Below, in pieces: positions 10,342 to 20,850 of a DNA stretch of 64,000 nt. The notes below the pieces were generated by a model. The model ran no database searches. It saw only the letters and a list, made by a program, of their open reading frames with translations, and was not told where the DNA came from. The DNA comes from Candidatus Heimdallarchaeum aukensis (lineage in GTDB: Archaea > Asgardarchaeota > Heimdallarchaeia > Heimdallarchaeales > Heimdallarchaeaceae), in NCBI GenBank assembly GCA_021513695.1, contig CP084166.1, forward strand, positions 928,001 to 992,000, read 5' to 3'. The stretch's first letter is position 1. The number at the start of each line of letters is the position of its first letter. Made by a program: the position numbers and the translations under genes.

Positions 10342-13300
10342 ATTTTCACACTACTTAGTTCAGCTTAAACCTCGTACTTGCTTGCAGAAGCACCTAGCAC
10401 GTAGTAATTTTCACACTACTTAGTTCAGCTTAAACCTTTCGATAATGATGGTGTTAGTGGTGAAGTGCAAAATTTTCACACTACTTAGTTCAGCTTAAAC
10501 AATCTATCAAGTGTCTCATTTTTTACGTTTCCTAGATTTTCACACTACTTAGTTCAGCTTAAACAATAACGTTTGAACATTGTTCTCGAATTCTTCATAA
10601 ATTTTCACACTACTTAGTTCAGCTTAAACAGTTGATGAAGGTGTGACAAAGTGTGACACTTCGATATTTTCACACTACTTAGTTCAGCTTAAACATTCTA
10701 CTTTTTTCTCAATCAATTTACAAGTTAGAGCGTCATTTTCACACTACTTAGTTCAGCTTAAACAGAACTAGGATCAGTCTCGGTCCATTCAGAAACTCGA
10801 TTTTCACACTACTTAGTTCAGCTTAAACTCCTAAAATAATAACTGATCCTAAGAATCCTGATAAGATTTTCACACTACTTAGTTCAGCTTAAACCCAGAG
10901 TGAGAACGGGGTTATAGGTCAATAATAAAGAAATTTTCACACTACTTAGTTCAGCTTAAACTTTGTTTTGATTTTTCTTTCTTTCAGGATAGCATCAATT
11001 TTCACACTACTTAGTTCAGCTTAAACAAATGGCTAAAAGAACCACAAGAACTTCAAGAAAATAATTTTCACACTACTTAGTTCAGCTTAAACTTTACATT
11101 TATATAACTTCCCCAGAAGATTATATATAATTTTCACACTACTTAGTTCAGCTTAAACCAGCAATGTTGGCACATCTCCCCACTCTACTTTCTCATTTTC
11201 ACACTACTTAGTTCAGCTTAAACATTACTCTTTTTTCTTTACAAAACATTTATATATTATATTTTCACACTACTTAGTTCAGCTTAAACGTTATATTAAG
11301 TGTTAAATAGTTCTCTTTTCCTTCTTATTTTCACACTACTTAGTTCAGCTTAAACGTAAAAAAATGAGTAATTCAGAAGAACATTTTCACACTACTTAGT
11401 TCAGCTTAAACTGAAAACCTTATAGGCTGGCGTGAATACGCAAACCTAATTTTCACACTACTTAGTTCAGCTTAAACACGTTTCCAAGTAAATCTGTTAC
11501 TATTTCAAATTTATTTTCACACTACTTAGTTCAGCTTAAACTGATTTACGTTACCCTCATGTTTGTTATGTTTATTTATTTTCACACTACTTAGTTCAGC
11601 TTAAACGAATTTACTTTACACAATGATCGTGCTGATACTGTTTTATTTTCACACTACTTAGTTCAGCTTAAACACATTGCTTGATATTGGAATTTTATAT
11701 CTTAATATATTTTCACACTACTTAGTTCAGCTTAAACCTGACTTTTTTGGAGAATTTGGTTTCGCTGATAGTAATTTTCACACTACTTAGTTCAGCTTAA
11801 ACTAGAAAATTGTATTCTTCAAACTATACGTATAGATATTCCATTTTCACACTACTTAGTTCAGCTTAAACCTTAAATTATCTTCAAACCAATCAGAATA
11901 ATAAAGTTCATATTTTCACACTACTTAGTTCAGCTTAAACATAAATATCGCTATTTCTCCTTTCTTAACTGTTCTTAATTTTCACACTACTTAGTTCAGC
12001 TTAAACCATAATCTATCATAAAAAAGTCTCCTATATCATAAGTATTTTCACACTACTTAGTTCAGCTTAAACACTATTTTTCCACCTTCTCTTTCTTCCC
12101 ATTCTCTCTTATTTTCACACTACTTAGTTCAGCTTAAACTTTGTACTTCACTGTGCTTAATATCTCTACTTATACTATTTTCACACTACTTAGTTCAGCT
12201 TAAACTTTATCACCCCTCATATATTTATTATACTTCCTAAAATTTTCACACTACTTAGTTCAGCTTAAACCGTACACCCATTCCTTAGGTGTCCAGTCTA
12301 ATACTTATTTTCACACTACTTAGTTCAGCTTAAACTCACCTATATATATGATGTTCTAACACATAAAAATCATTTTCACACTACTTAGTTCAGCTTAAAC
12401 CTGACTTTTTTGGAGAATTTGGTTTCGCTGATAGTAATTTTCACACTACTTAGTTCAGCTTAAACTAGAAAATTGTATTCTTCAAACTATACGTATAGAT
12501 ATTCCATTTTCACACTACTTAGTTCAGCTTAAACCTTAAATTATCTTCAAACCAATCAGAATAATAAAGTTCATATTTTCACACTACTTAGTTCAGCTTA
12601 AACATAAATATCGCTATTTCTCCTTTCTTAACTGTTCTTAATTTTCACACTACTTAGTTCAGCTTAAACCATAATCTATCATAAAAAAGTCTCCTATATC
12701 ATAAGTATTTTCACACTACTTAGTTCAGCTTAAACACTATTTTTCCACCTTCTCTTTCTTCCCATTCTCTCTTATTTTCACACTACTTAGTTCAGCTTAA
12801 ACTTTGTACTTCACTGTGCTTAATATCTCTACTTATACTATTTTCACACTACTTAGTTCAGCTTAAACTTTATCACCCCTCATATATTTATTATACTTCC
12901 TAAAATTTTCACACTACTTAGTTCAGCTTAAACCGTACACCCATTCCTTAGGTGTCCAGTCTAATACTTATTTTCACACTACTTAGTTCAGCTTAAACTC
13001 ACCTATATATATGATGTTCTAACACATAAAAATCATTTTCACACTACTTAGTTCAGCTTAAACCTCATAACAAATGGATAAAGACTATTGAAATCAAGAA
13101 TTTTCACACTACTTAGTTCAGCTTAAACCAATTATTATCGCAACAGCCATCTCAAGATCACCTTATTTTCACACTACTTAGTTCAGCTTAAACGTTTTTG
13201 AATAACAGTCTGTGAAGAGAGAGAAGCAAATTTTCACACTACTTAGTTCAGCTTAAACGTCTTATTTCGTTAAAATCTTCAACAATAGCTTGTTGATTTT

Positions 13301-16300
13301 CACACTACTTAGTTCAGCTTAAACACTTTAGACGTGAAAAATTGGTTAATGGTTTTAGGTGATTTTCACACTACTTAGTTCAGCTTAAACGTAAAGAGAA
13401 AAGAAGAAAGAAAAAGAACGATAAAAGAATTTTCACACTACTTAGTTCAGCTTAAACGAGATATTGCAACATTTTGCTACAAAAATATCTAAAAAATTTT
13501 CACACTACTTAGTTCAGCTTAAACTTTGAAGTATCTGTGATGTCTTTTGTGACTACTCCTGATTTTCACACTACTTAGTTCAGCTTAAACCTTACAGAGG
13601 GAGAATATGCGGGACAATATATTATTACATTTTCACACTACTTAGTTCAGCTTAAACATAGAAGAAGAGCTCATTACAACTTTCCTTTTCCGTGATTTTC
13701 ACACTACTTAGTTCAGCTTAAACAAGCGTCAGTAGCACCTACAAGCGGGACATTCACAAGATTTTCACACTACTTAGTTCAGCTTAAACTCTATTTTATA
13801 TACTTTCTCTAATTCTAAACTTCTACTATTTTCACACTACTTAGTTCAGCTTAAACAGTAGAAATGAAGGGGGGGTTAGGAGCTAGAAAAAATTTTCACA
13901 CTACTTAGTTCAGCTTAAACCAATTCTGTTAATTTGTTTATTTCTTCCCATCTTTCATTTTCACACTACTTAGTTCAGCTTAAACGATAAATGGTACAAT
14001 CGTTTGAACCCTTTTAGAAGAAATTTTCACACTACTTAGTTCAGCTTAAACAAGGTTATCGCCTTTACATTTAGGGTTCTCACAAGTAATTTTCACACTA
14101 CTTAGTTCAGCTTAAACTATTTATGTAAAAGTCCTCTTCATCTATTATTAAACTATTTTCACACTACTTAGTTCAGCTTAAACACTATAACTTTAAGCAC
14201 TTGTTTTACTATATCGAAAAATTTTCACACTACTTAGTTCAGCTTAAACAGTCCGTTCTCGTTTCTTATTTCTTCGTCATCGGTTCTAATTTTCACACTA
14301 CTTAGTTCAGCTTAAACATGATTTTGTATAGTTTCCTCTCTTTATAAATGAAAATTTTCACACTACTTAGTTCAGCTTAAACTCAGCGTTTTGTAGTTCT
14401 ATTTTTCGTAAGTCGTCATATTTTCACACTACTTAGTTCAGCTTAAACCATTTCTCCACCTCTTTTTCATTTCTACTTGTTCTAATTTTCACACTACTTA
14501 GTTCAGCTTAAACTTGCTCTCTAAATATATTGCATACATTCCTTTTCTGATTTTCACACTACTTAGTTCAGCTTAAACTGAACAAACACTCACAATCTTA
14601 TCTAATCTTTCAAACGTATTTTCACACTACTTAGTTCAGCTTAAACAAACTGAAGTCATGTCAAAGTTAGAAGCCCAACTATATTTTCACACTACTTAGT
14701 TCAGCTTAAACGAGCTTTTACTGAAGCAGAACTAAAAAGAAATACCCCAAATTTTCACACTACTTAGTTCAGCTTAAACCATTGAATTCCTCTTTCTTCC
14801 TCTGCACAATAGTGAATTTTCACACTACTTAGTTCAGCTTAAACACGGTGCTCTGAAATGATGGAGTTTGAACAAAAATATTTTCACACTACTTAGTTCA
14901 GCTTAAACGTACAATTATGTTAAATATAGAAGAATAAAAAGGAATTTTCACACTACTTAGTTCAGCTTAAACGATAAAAATGGTAGAAGAGCATAAGAAG
15001 AATGAGCTTAATTTTCACACTACTTAGTTCAGCTTAAACTCTATCCTCCTTTTTTTTGGTTTGCAGTTTATACAAGAATTTTCACACTACTTAGTTCAGC
15101 TTAAACTTCATAGAACTTGATGTTAGGGTTAGGAAAAACCTCATTTTCACACTACTTAGTTCAGCTTAAACTGTAGCTTTGAAAGTTTATCATAGTTATG
15201 TGAGAATTATTTTCACACTACTTAGTTCAGCTTAAACAGATGAAATTTCCGAATTAGTTACTTTATTTCCGTCTGATTTTCACACTACTTAGTTCAGCTT
15301 AAACATTGGAGCTCTTCCCTTGACAATACAAATATTACAAATTTTCACACTACTTAGTTCAGCTTAAACGAACGATTACAGTATAGAACAGACGAATATT
15401 ATTATATTTTCACACTACTTAGTTCAGCTTAAACATCAGCAACTCTTTGCTGGTTCTCAAGAGCTTTTTGATTTTCACACTACTTAGTTCAGCTTAAACG
15501 TGAAAAGTCTCTTGTGTAGGTATATCGTGCTGCGTATTTTCACACTACTTAGTTCAGCTTAAACAGGTTCTCACTTTGGACAAAAGAAGCAAGTTTAGAC
15601 GAATTTTCACACTACTTAGTTCAGCTTAAACTTTCTCCTGAAAGAAGATCGTATGGTAACGAATACGTATTTTCACACTACTTAGTTCAGCTTAAACTCT
15701 ACCACAATGAAGATCATGAGAAGAAACCCACACATTTTCACACTACTTAGTTCAGCTTAAACATTTTTTTCACCCATAATCATTTCCACCCCTCTTTGAT
15801 TTTCACACTACTTAGTTCAGCTTAAACTCAAGGTCAAAATGGGGAAAAAGGTCGAACTATGGTATTTTCACACTACTTAGTTCAGCTTAAACAACGCTTG
15901 TTTTGGGGTTTCACACCCCAAAATCTTATTTTCACACTACTTAGTTCAGCTTAAACTCTGCTTTATCTTCTTCTTTTTCACAATCTCTATGAATTTTCAC
16001 ACTACTTAGTTCAGCTTAAACTTTGCACCTATTATATTTTAAGAGTAAAGAATATAATTTTCACACTACTTAGTTCAGCTTAAACCAGAGAAAGACGCGG
16101 GTTCAATTTCGTATAAGTAAGTAATTTTCACACTACTTAGTTCAGCTTAAACTATCTTCTTTATCTCTTTTTCTACTAACTCATTCTTATTTTCACACTA
16201 CTTAGTTCAGCTTAAACTAGATAAAGGAAGTTTAGATAAAGCGATACAAGAATTGCTAAATTTTCACACTACTTAGTTCAGCTTAAACAAGCGAGTTCAG

Positions 16301-16420
16301 TATCTTCTTTTTCCTCATAGACCTTAATTTTCACACTACTTAGTTCAGCTTAAACATTTATTCCTGCTATACGCAATAGACTTGAAAACGTATTTTCACA
16401 CTACTTAGTTCAGCTTAAAC
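10342..16420 (-). CRISPR. CRISPR array 1: 93 repeats and 92 spacers, of which 82 are unique. The repeat is ATTTTCACACTACTTAGTTCAGCTTAAAC on the + strand, the reverse complement of the array-2 repeat. Spacers are 27-43 nt, mostly 35-38. It is transcribed on the minus strand from the leader at 16421-16535.
   Basis: Perfectly conserved 29-nt direct repeats with a ~65-bp period, counted by reading through the array. Orientation was inferred from the conserved leader and from identity to the array-2 repeat. Confidence 0.97.
11738..13063. repeat. Tandem segmental duplication inside array 1. A block of 10 spacer+repeat units (11738-12400) is repeated, apparently identically, at 12401-13063 (663 bp per copy).
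   Basis: Spacers ctgacttttttggagaatttggtttcgctgatagta .. tcacctatatatatgatgttctaacacataaaaatc occur twice in the same order. Confidence 0.9.
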
Positions 16421-16535
16421 GAAGTTTATTTTCTTTTCTAGCTATATTTTTCTCTCGTTTTGTCACTCACCTTCCTGGTCGACCTCCAATAAGGTATTAA
16501 CTTTATAAATATTGACCAGATACATAAACGTTTAC
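16421..16535 (-). promoter_or_regulatory. CRISPR leader of array 1 (minus-strand orientation). It is ~95% identical to the array-2 leader and contains a TATA-like TTTATAAAG and a GGAGGTCGACCAGGAAGGTGAGTGACAAAA block.
   Basis: The reverse complement of 16421-16535 aligns almost base-for-base with 28858-28971, including the junction ..AAAATAAACTTC|GTTTAAG. Confidence 0.8.
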
Positions 16536-16569
16536 CTTATAAACAATGACTAGTACCATTAAATTTGCT

Positions 16570-18075
16570 TTATTTTTTTGCTATTTTCTCTGCAATTACA
16601 GGATGTTTTTCGTTTACTGCATACCAGAATTTTGCCTTTCCTTTTAAATTTGGTTTTATTATTATCCATCCCTTTTTTTCCATATCTACTAGGATTCTTG
16701 GTTTATTCATTTTGAATTGATTTATGTTTATTTTTTTATGATCATGGTATTTATTTTCTTTTTGCATCCATTCATTTATTTTCCTGAAGCTCCCTGCAGC
16801 TAATCCACCTATCAAGATTGACCCATCCATACAGAGTTTGTATTCTTTTGGTTTTTCCAGTACTGACATGTATTTATCTATCATAAAGTCTAAAATTATT
16901 TCATGTTCTCCCTCTGGCCTTTCGAACATTTTTTCTTTTGTTCCTTCTTTAATTATTTTATTTTTTAGTTTGTCTAGTTGACTATTTTTTTCAAGAAGCA
17001 ACCTATTTTTTTCATGTGGGTCCCATAAATTTATTTTCTCAATTAATATTTGTTCTAAGTTTTGATACTCTCTTTCAATTACTAATTTTGTACTTATTTT
17101 CTTGAATATTTTTCTCTGGTAATTTTGTGGCAGGTAGTATGATCTTCTTCCTATAGAGTGATATAGAATTGGATTTAGGGTATTAACTATATAGTTTACT
17201 AGAGCTATTTTTTCTTCCATGTTTAGCTCCGAAAAGATATTTTCTTCTATTATTGATACTATTCTTTGTATTAGAGTTTTAATCATGAAAGCTGTTAGAA
17301 TAGCTTTTTTTACTCTCTTTTTGAATAATTCATTTTTCTTTTTGTAATGTACTATAGCATAAGTATCAATTCCGAGGGATAAAACGTCTATTTTTTCCTT
17401 TGAGCTATATATCTTTTCTATGTTTTTTTCTTCTAACTTTTGAAAATGAACACTAGGTAATTCAATTATTGAGATGACATTTGAAGATTCTAAATAAATA
17501 TTACTAAATTCTTTAAAGAATGCTCTAAGCAAACAAAATTTTACCTGTTCATTTTTCTTTTTTTTGCCTTTTTCATTTGTAAATATTTTTATTATTTCCC
17601 TTCGTAAATTTTCTAAACTCTCTTCTTCCAGAATTTTTTCACTTAAAATTACTTTCTTTTCTACTTCAGCTATTAATGATGGATAAATGTTTATCTTTTT
17701 TAATCCATTTACGATTTTAACTACTGTTCTTGGTTCATTCCAATAAACAGTTCTTGTTTCAATTGGAATAAGCGGTCTTAAAGGCACTCTTCTAAAAAAT
17801 AAATATTTTTTAGCGTAATAGTACAGATATGAATCATTAGTCAATTTCAGAAAAAGACTTGAGTAGTATGGAATGAAAATGTCGAACTTTTTTCTACCTT
17901 TTCTTATTACCATTTTTATTCTTTTTTTGAACTCTGTTTCTGATTTAAGGAAAGAGAGTTCTTTTCTAATCTTTTTTGAATAAAGGATTTCTGGAATGGC
18001 ATAAAACTGATGGAAAGAGATTTTTATTGTATTCATTTTATTCTCCCTAATACCATTTTTGAAGAGTAGTATCAT
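16570..18075 (-). CDS. Hypothetical protein (501 aa) with no recognisable motifs. It is co-oriented with the downstream leader of array 1 and overlaps the upstream tandem-Lrp-like gene.
   Basis: A long clean ORF. It has a 29-nt overlap with 18047..19525, which suggests an operon. Its stop is 35 bp from the leader. Confidence 0.6.
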   Translation of the reverse strand: MILLFKNGIRENKMNTIKISFHQFYAIPEILYSKKIRKELSFLKSETEFKKRIKMVIRKGRKKFDIFIPYYSSLFLKLTNDSYLYYYAKKYLFFRRVPLRPLIPIETRTVYWNEPRTVVKIVNGLKKINIYPSLIAEVEKKVILSEKILEEESLENLRREIIKIFTNEKGKKKKNEQVKFCLLRAFFKEFSNIYLESSNVISIIELPSVHFQKLEEKNIEKIYSSKEKIDVLSLGIDTYAIVHYKKKNELFKKRVKKAILTAFMIKTLIQRIVSIIEENIFSELNMEEKIALVNYIVNTLNPILYHSIGRRSYYLPQNYQRKIFKKISTKLVIEREYQNLEQILIEKINLWDPHEKNRLLLEKNSQLDKLKNKIIKEGTKEKMFERPEGEHEIILDFMIDKYMSVLEKPKEYKLCMDGSILIGGLAAGSFRKINEWMQKENKYHDHKKININQFKMNKPRILVDMEKKGWIIIKPNLKGKAKFWYAVNEKHPVIAEKIAKK

Positions 18076-19525
18076 ATCTTGAAGTTGGCAGATTTACTCT
18101 TTTAGTATACATAAAGCTGGTTATAAAAAAATAAGGTTCTTCTTCTTCAAAAATCGAAGAAAACAAATCTATGAAATTAATTACTAATTCATTGGGTATT
18201 CTTACTGTAACAATTAGTCCCTTTTCATCTGTTATTAAATTAGTAAACGGTTCAGAATAAACTTCTGGAAACAGAGATAATCTATCATGAATCTCTTTTT
18301 GATCCACTTTTTTCTTAAATATAATCATCACATCGTTAGTTCCAAAAATTGGTATTATATTTACTCTTTTTATGTATAGTTGTTCATTTGTGAAGTGTTT
18401 CAAATATTTTCTTATTGTGCTCTGTGAAATATTAGTTTCCTTCTCTATTCTACTTACAGTCAAATCTCTATTCTTAATTATATATTCAAGTATCTTAAGG
18501 CCAGGCTTAGTTAATTTTAATTCACTTTCTTTTGTGTCTTCGAATCTAGGTTTCAATTCATTCTTTGTTTTACTCTTATTATGAAGTGCAATTGCAATTT
18601 CGCTTATCGAATAATTCCAATTTTTGTTTTTATAATCATATTTTGAATAATCAAACGTTGTTATCTGTTCTTCTCTATGCAGAACTAAAATTTCATATTT
18701 TGTTATTTCTTTTTTCTTGATTGACAAGTCAAAAAATTCACTTATTCTCCTACATATCTCCTTCAACAAGGGCACTGGGAATGAGTAGTAGAGTAACAAT
18801 GCCTTGCATGATGTATTCAGTGTCATCGATTTTCTTAAGAACATTTTAGGGAAATTTTCTTTTTTATGTATTGAAGAGAGTTCATCAAATCCATAAACAA
18901 TCACAAGAAGCAAGACAAAGTTTGTCTTTTTCAAATTCAAACTTATTCCTTCATAGATTATTCCTTTATCAAAGAGTAATTTTTTTGTTCTTGTTATATT
19001 TCCTGCATCTTTATTCAAAATTTTACTTAATTCTTTGGTTGAAGTAATTTGATATTTGATCATTGCTTGTAGTAATGAAAACTCTGCTTTTGTTAGACTA
19101 GGCTTGATTCTACTCCTTAATGTAAAAAAGAATCTCAGGAAAAGAGACCAATTTTCTAATAGTATTTTATTTTTTTTATATTCTAAAATAGAAAGTAATT
19201 TATTAGCTGTTTCTTCATCTTGAAGAAACTGTTTATATGACGAGAATATTACATATTTCAAATCATTATATTCTTTCTCTGTACTATATTCAGACCAAAA
19301 ATTCAACCATTTTTCTAATTGTTGTCTAGTTATGCTTTTTTTTCCTTTATTTTTCTGAAAATAAAGTATTCTATATATTTTAAAACATATTAAATCCCAA
19401 GCAGGTGTTTTTGGAACTATATTTAGTTCTTCAACTTTTTTTTTAAAAAATTTAAAATGTGATCCTAAGATTTCTCTCCCTTTCTCTAAAATTACTTCTC
19501 TTTCTTTTATTTGAGAATATTTCAT
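18047..19525 (-). CDS. Tandem Lrp/AsnC-like regulator (492 aa): an N-terminal ~130-aa domain plus two wHTH-RAM-like modules. It is a paralog of 34762..36246.
   Basis: Two wHTH segments (LTKAEFSLLQAMIKYQITSTKELSKIL.., LTKPGLKILEYIIKNRDLTVSRIEKETNISQSTIRKYL). A C-terminal LSLFPEVYSEP..GLIVTVRIP block resembles an AsnC RAM domain. It aligns with the 494-aa protein over its full length. Confidence 0.6.
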   Translation of the reverse strand: MKYSQIKEREVILEKGREILGSHFKFFKKKVEELNIVPKTPAWDLICFKIYRILYFQKNKGKKSITRQQLEKWLNFWSEYSTEKEYNDLKYVIFSSYKQFLQDEETANKLLSILEYKKNKILLENWSLFLRFFFTLRSRIKPSLTKAEFSLLQAMIKYQITSTKELSKILNKDAGNITRTKKLLFDKGIIYEGISLNLKKTNFVLLLVIVYGFDELSSIHKKENFPKMFLRKSMTLNTSCKALLLYYSFPVPLLKEICRRISEFFDLSIKKKEITKYEILVLHREEQITTFDYSKYDYKNKNWNYSISEIAIALHNKSKTKNELKPRFEDTKESELKLTKPGLKILEYIIKNRDLTVSRIEKETNISQSTIRKYLKHFTNEQLYIKRVNIIPIFGTNDVMIIFKKKVDQKEIHDRLSLFPEVYSEPFTNLITDEKGLIVTVRIPNELVINFIDLFSSIFEEEEPYFFITSFMYTKRVNLPTSRYDTTLQKWY

Positions 19526-19724
19526 CCAAGTTTAAATTTATTGTCAGTTTAAATTTTTTTTGTAATACTGACCTTGAACTATTGTCCAAAATAGACAAAG
19601 CTTATCCTTTTAGTTTTATTCTATTTCAAGCCTTCTAAGTAGATAGTTTTTAAATTACTTCACAGACATTTTCGATTTTTTGTTGTCCAGAGATGTATTG
19701 TCACAATTAAAAAGAGGTGACAAA

Positions 19725-19799
19725 ATGAAAAAGGATTATTATCTTCCTCCTCCTGAAGATGATGAACCAAATGATCCAGAACCATTTCCTTTTCCTTAA
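19725..19799 (+). CDS. Possible small ORF (24 aa, MKKDYYLPPPEDDEPNDPEPFPFP) with a good RBS (GAGGTGA, 4-nt spacer).
   Basis: An SD-like GGTGA sits 4 nt upstream of the ATG. An inverted repeat overlaps the RBS. The ORF is too short to support strongly. Confidence 0.2.
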   Translation: MKKDYYLPPPEDDEPNDPEPFPFP

Positions 19800-20022
19800 A
19801 AGGGATAAAGAAGGTATTAAAACCTTCACGTTCTTCTACTAACAACCTAAGAACGTCCAATTATACAATTGGACTTCTTTTTTTATTTTTTTCTATCAAA
19901 CTACTTATCATACTAGAATTTTTGTTGGTTTACTTTAATTTAAAAAAAGCTCAAATTCTAATAATTCTTTTTTTAAACTCTTAAAACTCTATTAAAAGTT
20001 TTTATAGTTTGTTGAGATAAAA

Positions 20023-20745
20023 TTGTTGATGAGGATTCTTATTTCTTTTAAGCCTAAATTTGATGTTTCAGAGGATGCCATAGTAAAACATGATATTCAA
20101 GGATTTATTTATAATCTAATCAAGTACAAAGATACTAAAGTTCTTTTAGATCATGATAAACATCATTTCAAATTTTTTTGTTTTAGCGATATTTTTCCTC
20201 AAGGTGATTTTAAAAAAGGAGAGACAAAAAATCTGTTAATTAGTTCTCCTACAAAAGAGCTAATAAATTTAATTGATGATAATCTTCCTCTTGAGAAATC
20301 CTATAGATTAGCTGGATTAACCATCGAAGTTATATCCAAAAAAACTTTTAACTTTCCCACAAAAAACAACTTTATTTCTGGAAGTCCTATAGTTTTATAC
20401 AAAGATAATACAAAGAATGAATATTTTAGCTTTAAGAAACACAAAAGTCTTAATTTCTTTCTCAATAGATTACAAGAAAATGCTGTGAAAAAGTATCAAA
20501 TTTACTATAACGATCCTGAATTTCAATTGTCTGGAAAGATTTTTGATACAATTGAATTTAGAAAGGAGGTTGCAGTTCACAACAGGAAACAAGGAAATGA
20601 ATTTATTCACATTGGCACTCTTTGGAAAAAATTAGAAAAAGAATACATAAAGAAAGAAGAAAGAAGGTTTTATCATTTTATCATGGAAAGTGGTCTTGGC
20701 GAAAAAAATAGTATGGGTTTTGGTTTTTTAAATCCTATTCAATAA
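20023..20745 (+). CDS. cas6: Cas6 endoribonuclease (type I-B).
   Basis: It is ~240 aa with the C-terminal glycine-rich loop GLGEKNSMGFGF, and it is the first gene of the cas operon. The likely start is the ATG at 20026. Confidence 0.85.
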   Translation: MLMRILISFKPKFDVSEDAIVKHDIQGFIYNLIKYKDTKVLLDHDKHHFKFFCFSDIFPQGDFKKGETKNLLISSPTKELINLIDDNLPLEKSYRLAGLTIEVISKKTFNFPTKNNFISGSPIVLYKDNTKNEYFSFKKHKSLNFFLNRLQENAVKKYQIYYNDPEFQLSGKIFDTIEFRKEVAVHNRKQGNEFIHIGTLWKKLEKEYIKKEERRFYHFIMESGLGEKNSMGFGFLNPIQ

Positions 20746-20850
20746 ATTGTATTTTTTTGTTTAAATTTTACAATTAATTTTTGAAAAAACAACCTTTAAA
20801 ATATTTTTTTCTTTCTGTTTTACCAATAAAACTTAATTATTGGTGTTCCA

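Noticed and set aside
15899-15933. Spacers containing perfect hairpins (TTTTGGGGT-TTCAC-ACCCCAAAA in array 1; GGTAGC-TT-GCTACC in array 2)
   Set aside because: They could hint at terminator or tRNA-like protospacers, but a single palindromic spacer is not informative without target hits.
19531-19560. Direct repeat AGTTTAAATTT x2 right at the 5' end of the 492-aa regulator gene, starting with the same GTTTAA as the CRISPR repeat
   Set aside because: Similarity to the repeat is limited to 6 nt. It is more likely A/T-box promoter elements (TTTAAA) for this gene.
19660-19860. 66-aa minus-strand ORF in the cas6 upstream region
   Set aside because: No RBS, no conserved features, and it overlaps a promoter region. 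Probably spurious.
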